DNA of 64,000 nt. Origin: Octopus sinensis (lineage: Eukaryota). The stretch covers positions 1 through 64,000 of the forward strand of contig NW_021833425.1 of NCBI RefSeq assembly GCF_006345805.1, given 5' to 3'. Positions within the stretch are counted from its first letter, which is position 1. Each line of letters starts with the position of its first letter. Below, piece by piece: positions 62,460 through 64,000 of this stretch. The position numbers and the translations under genes are program-made. The notes beneath the pieces are model-generated. The model had not been told where the DNA came from. It saw only the letters and a list, made by a program, of their open reading frames with translations, and made no database searches.

Positions 62460-63760
62460 TTAAAGAAAATCGTGAAATTAATTGAATCCTTCAATTTACA
62501 AACCAGTACAATTCTTTATGGATTCAGACCACAGCACTGCAACATTCTCAGACATACATGAAGAAATAAGGAGCAAAACATATAACCCCTCAGTGTACAC
62601 ACACACACAACAACAACGCCTGCCTCAAAAACAAATGCTTATGCATTCACAGAACTATCCCACTATCACATAGATATAAAATGTCTGTGGTCAGATTCCT
62701 TCCAAGACAAGCTCTTACATTTAAATCCATTGGAGAAACTTTAGTTATGGAAACCTGAAGGGTGTATTAAACATTTGCTAATTATGAGTATCTGAATAGA
62801 TTAGTTGATTCTACCATACAACAATACAAGAACAAATTCTCTGCAATAATAGGCAGAGGTACAGCTGTGTGTTAAGAAGTTTGCTTCCTAAGCTCATGGT
62901 TTCTGGGTTCAGTCCCACTGTGTGGCACCTTGGGCAAGTGTCTTCTATTATAGCCTCAGGCCAACTAAAGCCTTGTGAGTGGATTTGATAAATGGAAATC
63001 AAAAGATGCCTGTTTATATATTTATATATATATATATCGTCAGTGAATCATAAATCCAAGGAAGAAGTACACTCTAAGTTATAGAGTAGTAGCATATGTA
63101 TATAGATAAAAATAGACATAGCCAGTCTATGGGGTTACCCTGGGTGTCATCTCCATAAAGTGCTCCGCTTTACAGCATTTCTTCAGACTCTAGGCCTATG
63201 GCCTCTCTAGCAAGTCTATATATATGTCTGTGTGTGTGTCTTAGTGTTTGTTCCTCCCCACTGCTTGACAACTGGTGTTGGTGTGTTTGCAACCTTGTGA
63301 TTTATCAGTTTGGCAAAAGAGACCAGGCGTTAAAAAATAGTAAGTACTGGGGTCTATTTAACTAAAAATTCTTCAAGGTGCTGCCCCAGTTAGAGATAAA
63401 TGATACAACACCCAATAGAAATAGACAAAAACTACACTTATATAAACCAAATGCTGTTAAAGAATGGATGAATATGTTCTTAGAGAACAATTCGTAAAAC
63501 GAAATACAGCTTGTTTCTCACATCCAACTGCAAACACATTGAATATATTATAAACACATCAGACTGGAAAAGCCTTCTCATTAGCATGAAACCACAAACT
63601 TGCAAACCACTGAACAAACATCAGGCAACCAATGTAATATACAAGTTTCAGTGACAGCATGAAAGTTGTAAACTTCAAGACTGACTCTGACCATTGTTAT
63701 GGCAGATACACAAATATGGCACTTTCTTATCAGTTGACCATGCAGTTACGACAAAGAGCC
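62460..63760 (+). pseudogene. Highly decayed Penelope-like RT thumb / GIY-YIG region, interrupted by family A SINE pieces
   Basis: Frameshifted motifs such as RLVDSTI (about 62800), VLREQFVKRNTAC and QATNVIYKFQ (about 63625), and an LSxxLTM-like segment; many stops. Confidence 0.4.
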
Positions 63761-64000
63761 ATCATTTTGTTGTTGTTGGCATCCTTTTTGTTTCGGGAGA
63801 CAATGGAGTTGCGCATAAAATATTTTTTCTTTCTCTTCTCCTATCTTACGCCAATCTGAATGGACTTATCACTCGTGACTGCTACCTCCCGTGTTTTTTC
63901 TGCCACTTTTTGCAGCAGCACTGAAGTGTCCTCTCCAGTTTTGCACAGGCGTGGGCTAGAAATAAGAAAATCCTGGGTAGCCCAATCATCAGGATTCCCC

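Noticed and set aside
63961-64000. Minus-strand CTGATGA at 63986-63992
   Set aside because: No paired stem II followed by GAAA downstream; window edge

Overview
Eukaryotic, AT-rich, repeat-saturated genomic DNA. The SINE and microsatellite landscape is what I associate with Octopus (inference from pattern recognition, not a database search). No host protein-coding gene can be supported; nearly all ORF-track entries are microsatellite translations. Mobile elements present: a young Ty3/Gypsy (Mag-like) LTR retrotransposon with identical 236-bp LTRs and a 5-bp TSD (19323-23784); a near full-length DD34D mariner; DD37D maT, piggyBac, Gypsy, CR1-type, RTE-type and Penelope-like (PLE) remnants; MITEs; Helitron-type ends; and at least five SINE families. 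There is also a 1.43-kb tandem duplication. The main unexpected signal is a dense set of minimal type I hammerhead ribozyme (HHR) motifs in about five otherwise unrelated short repeat families. All share a palindromic stem III. One family forms a retrozyme-like tandem with a 364-nt unit between cleavage sites, a U3-A8 variant core, covarying stems and a long rod-like stem I extension. Another places an HHR downstream of a tRNA-like Pol III head in a head-to-head palindromic dimer. PLE reverse transcriptase remnants in the same window are candidate mobilising partners. Repeat family labels A-F and HHR families 1-5 are my own working names. SINE boundaries are approximate (about +/-15 bp).
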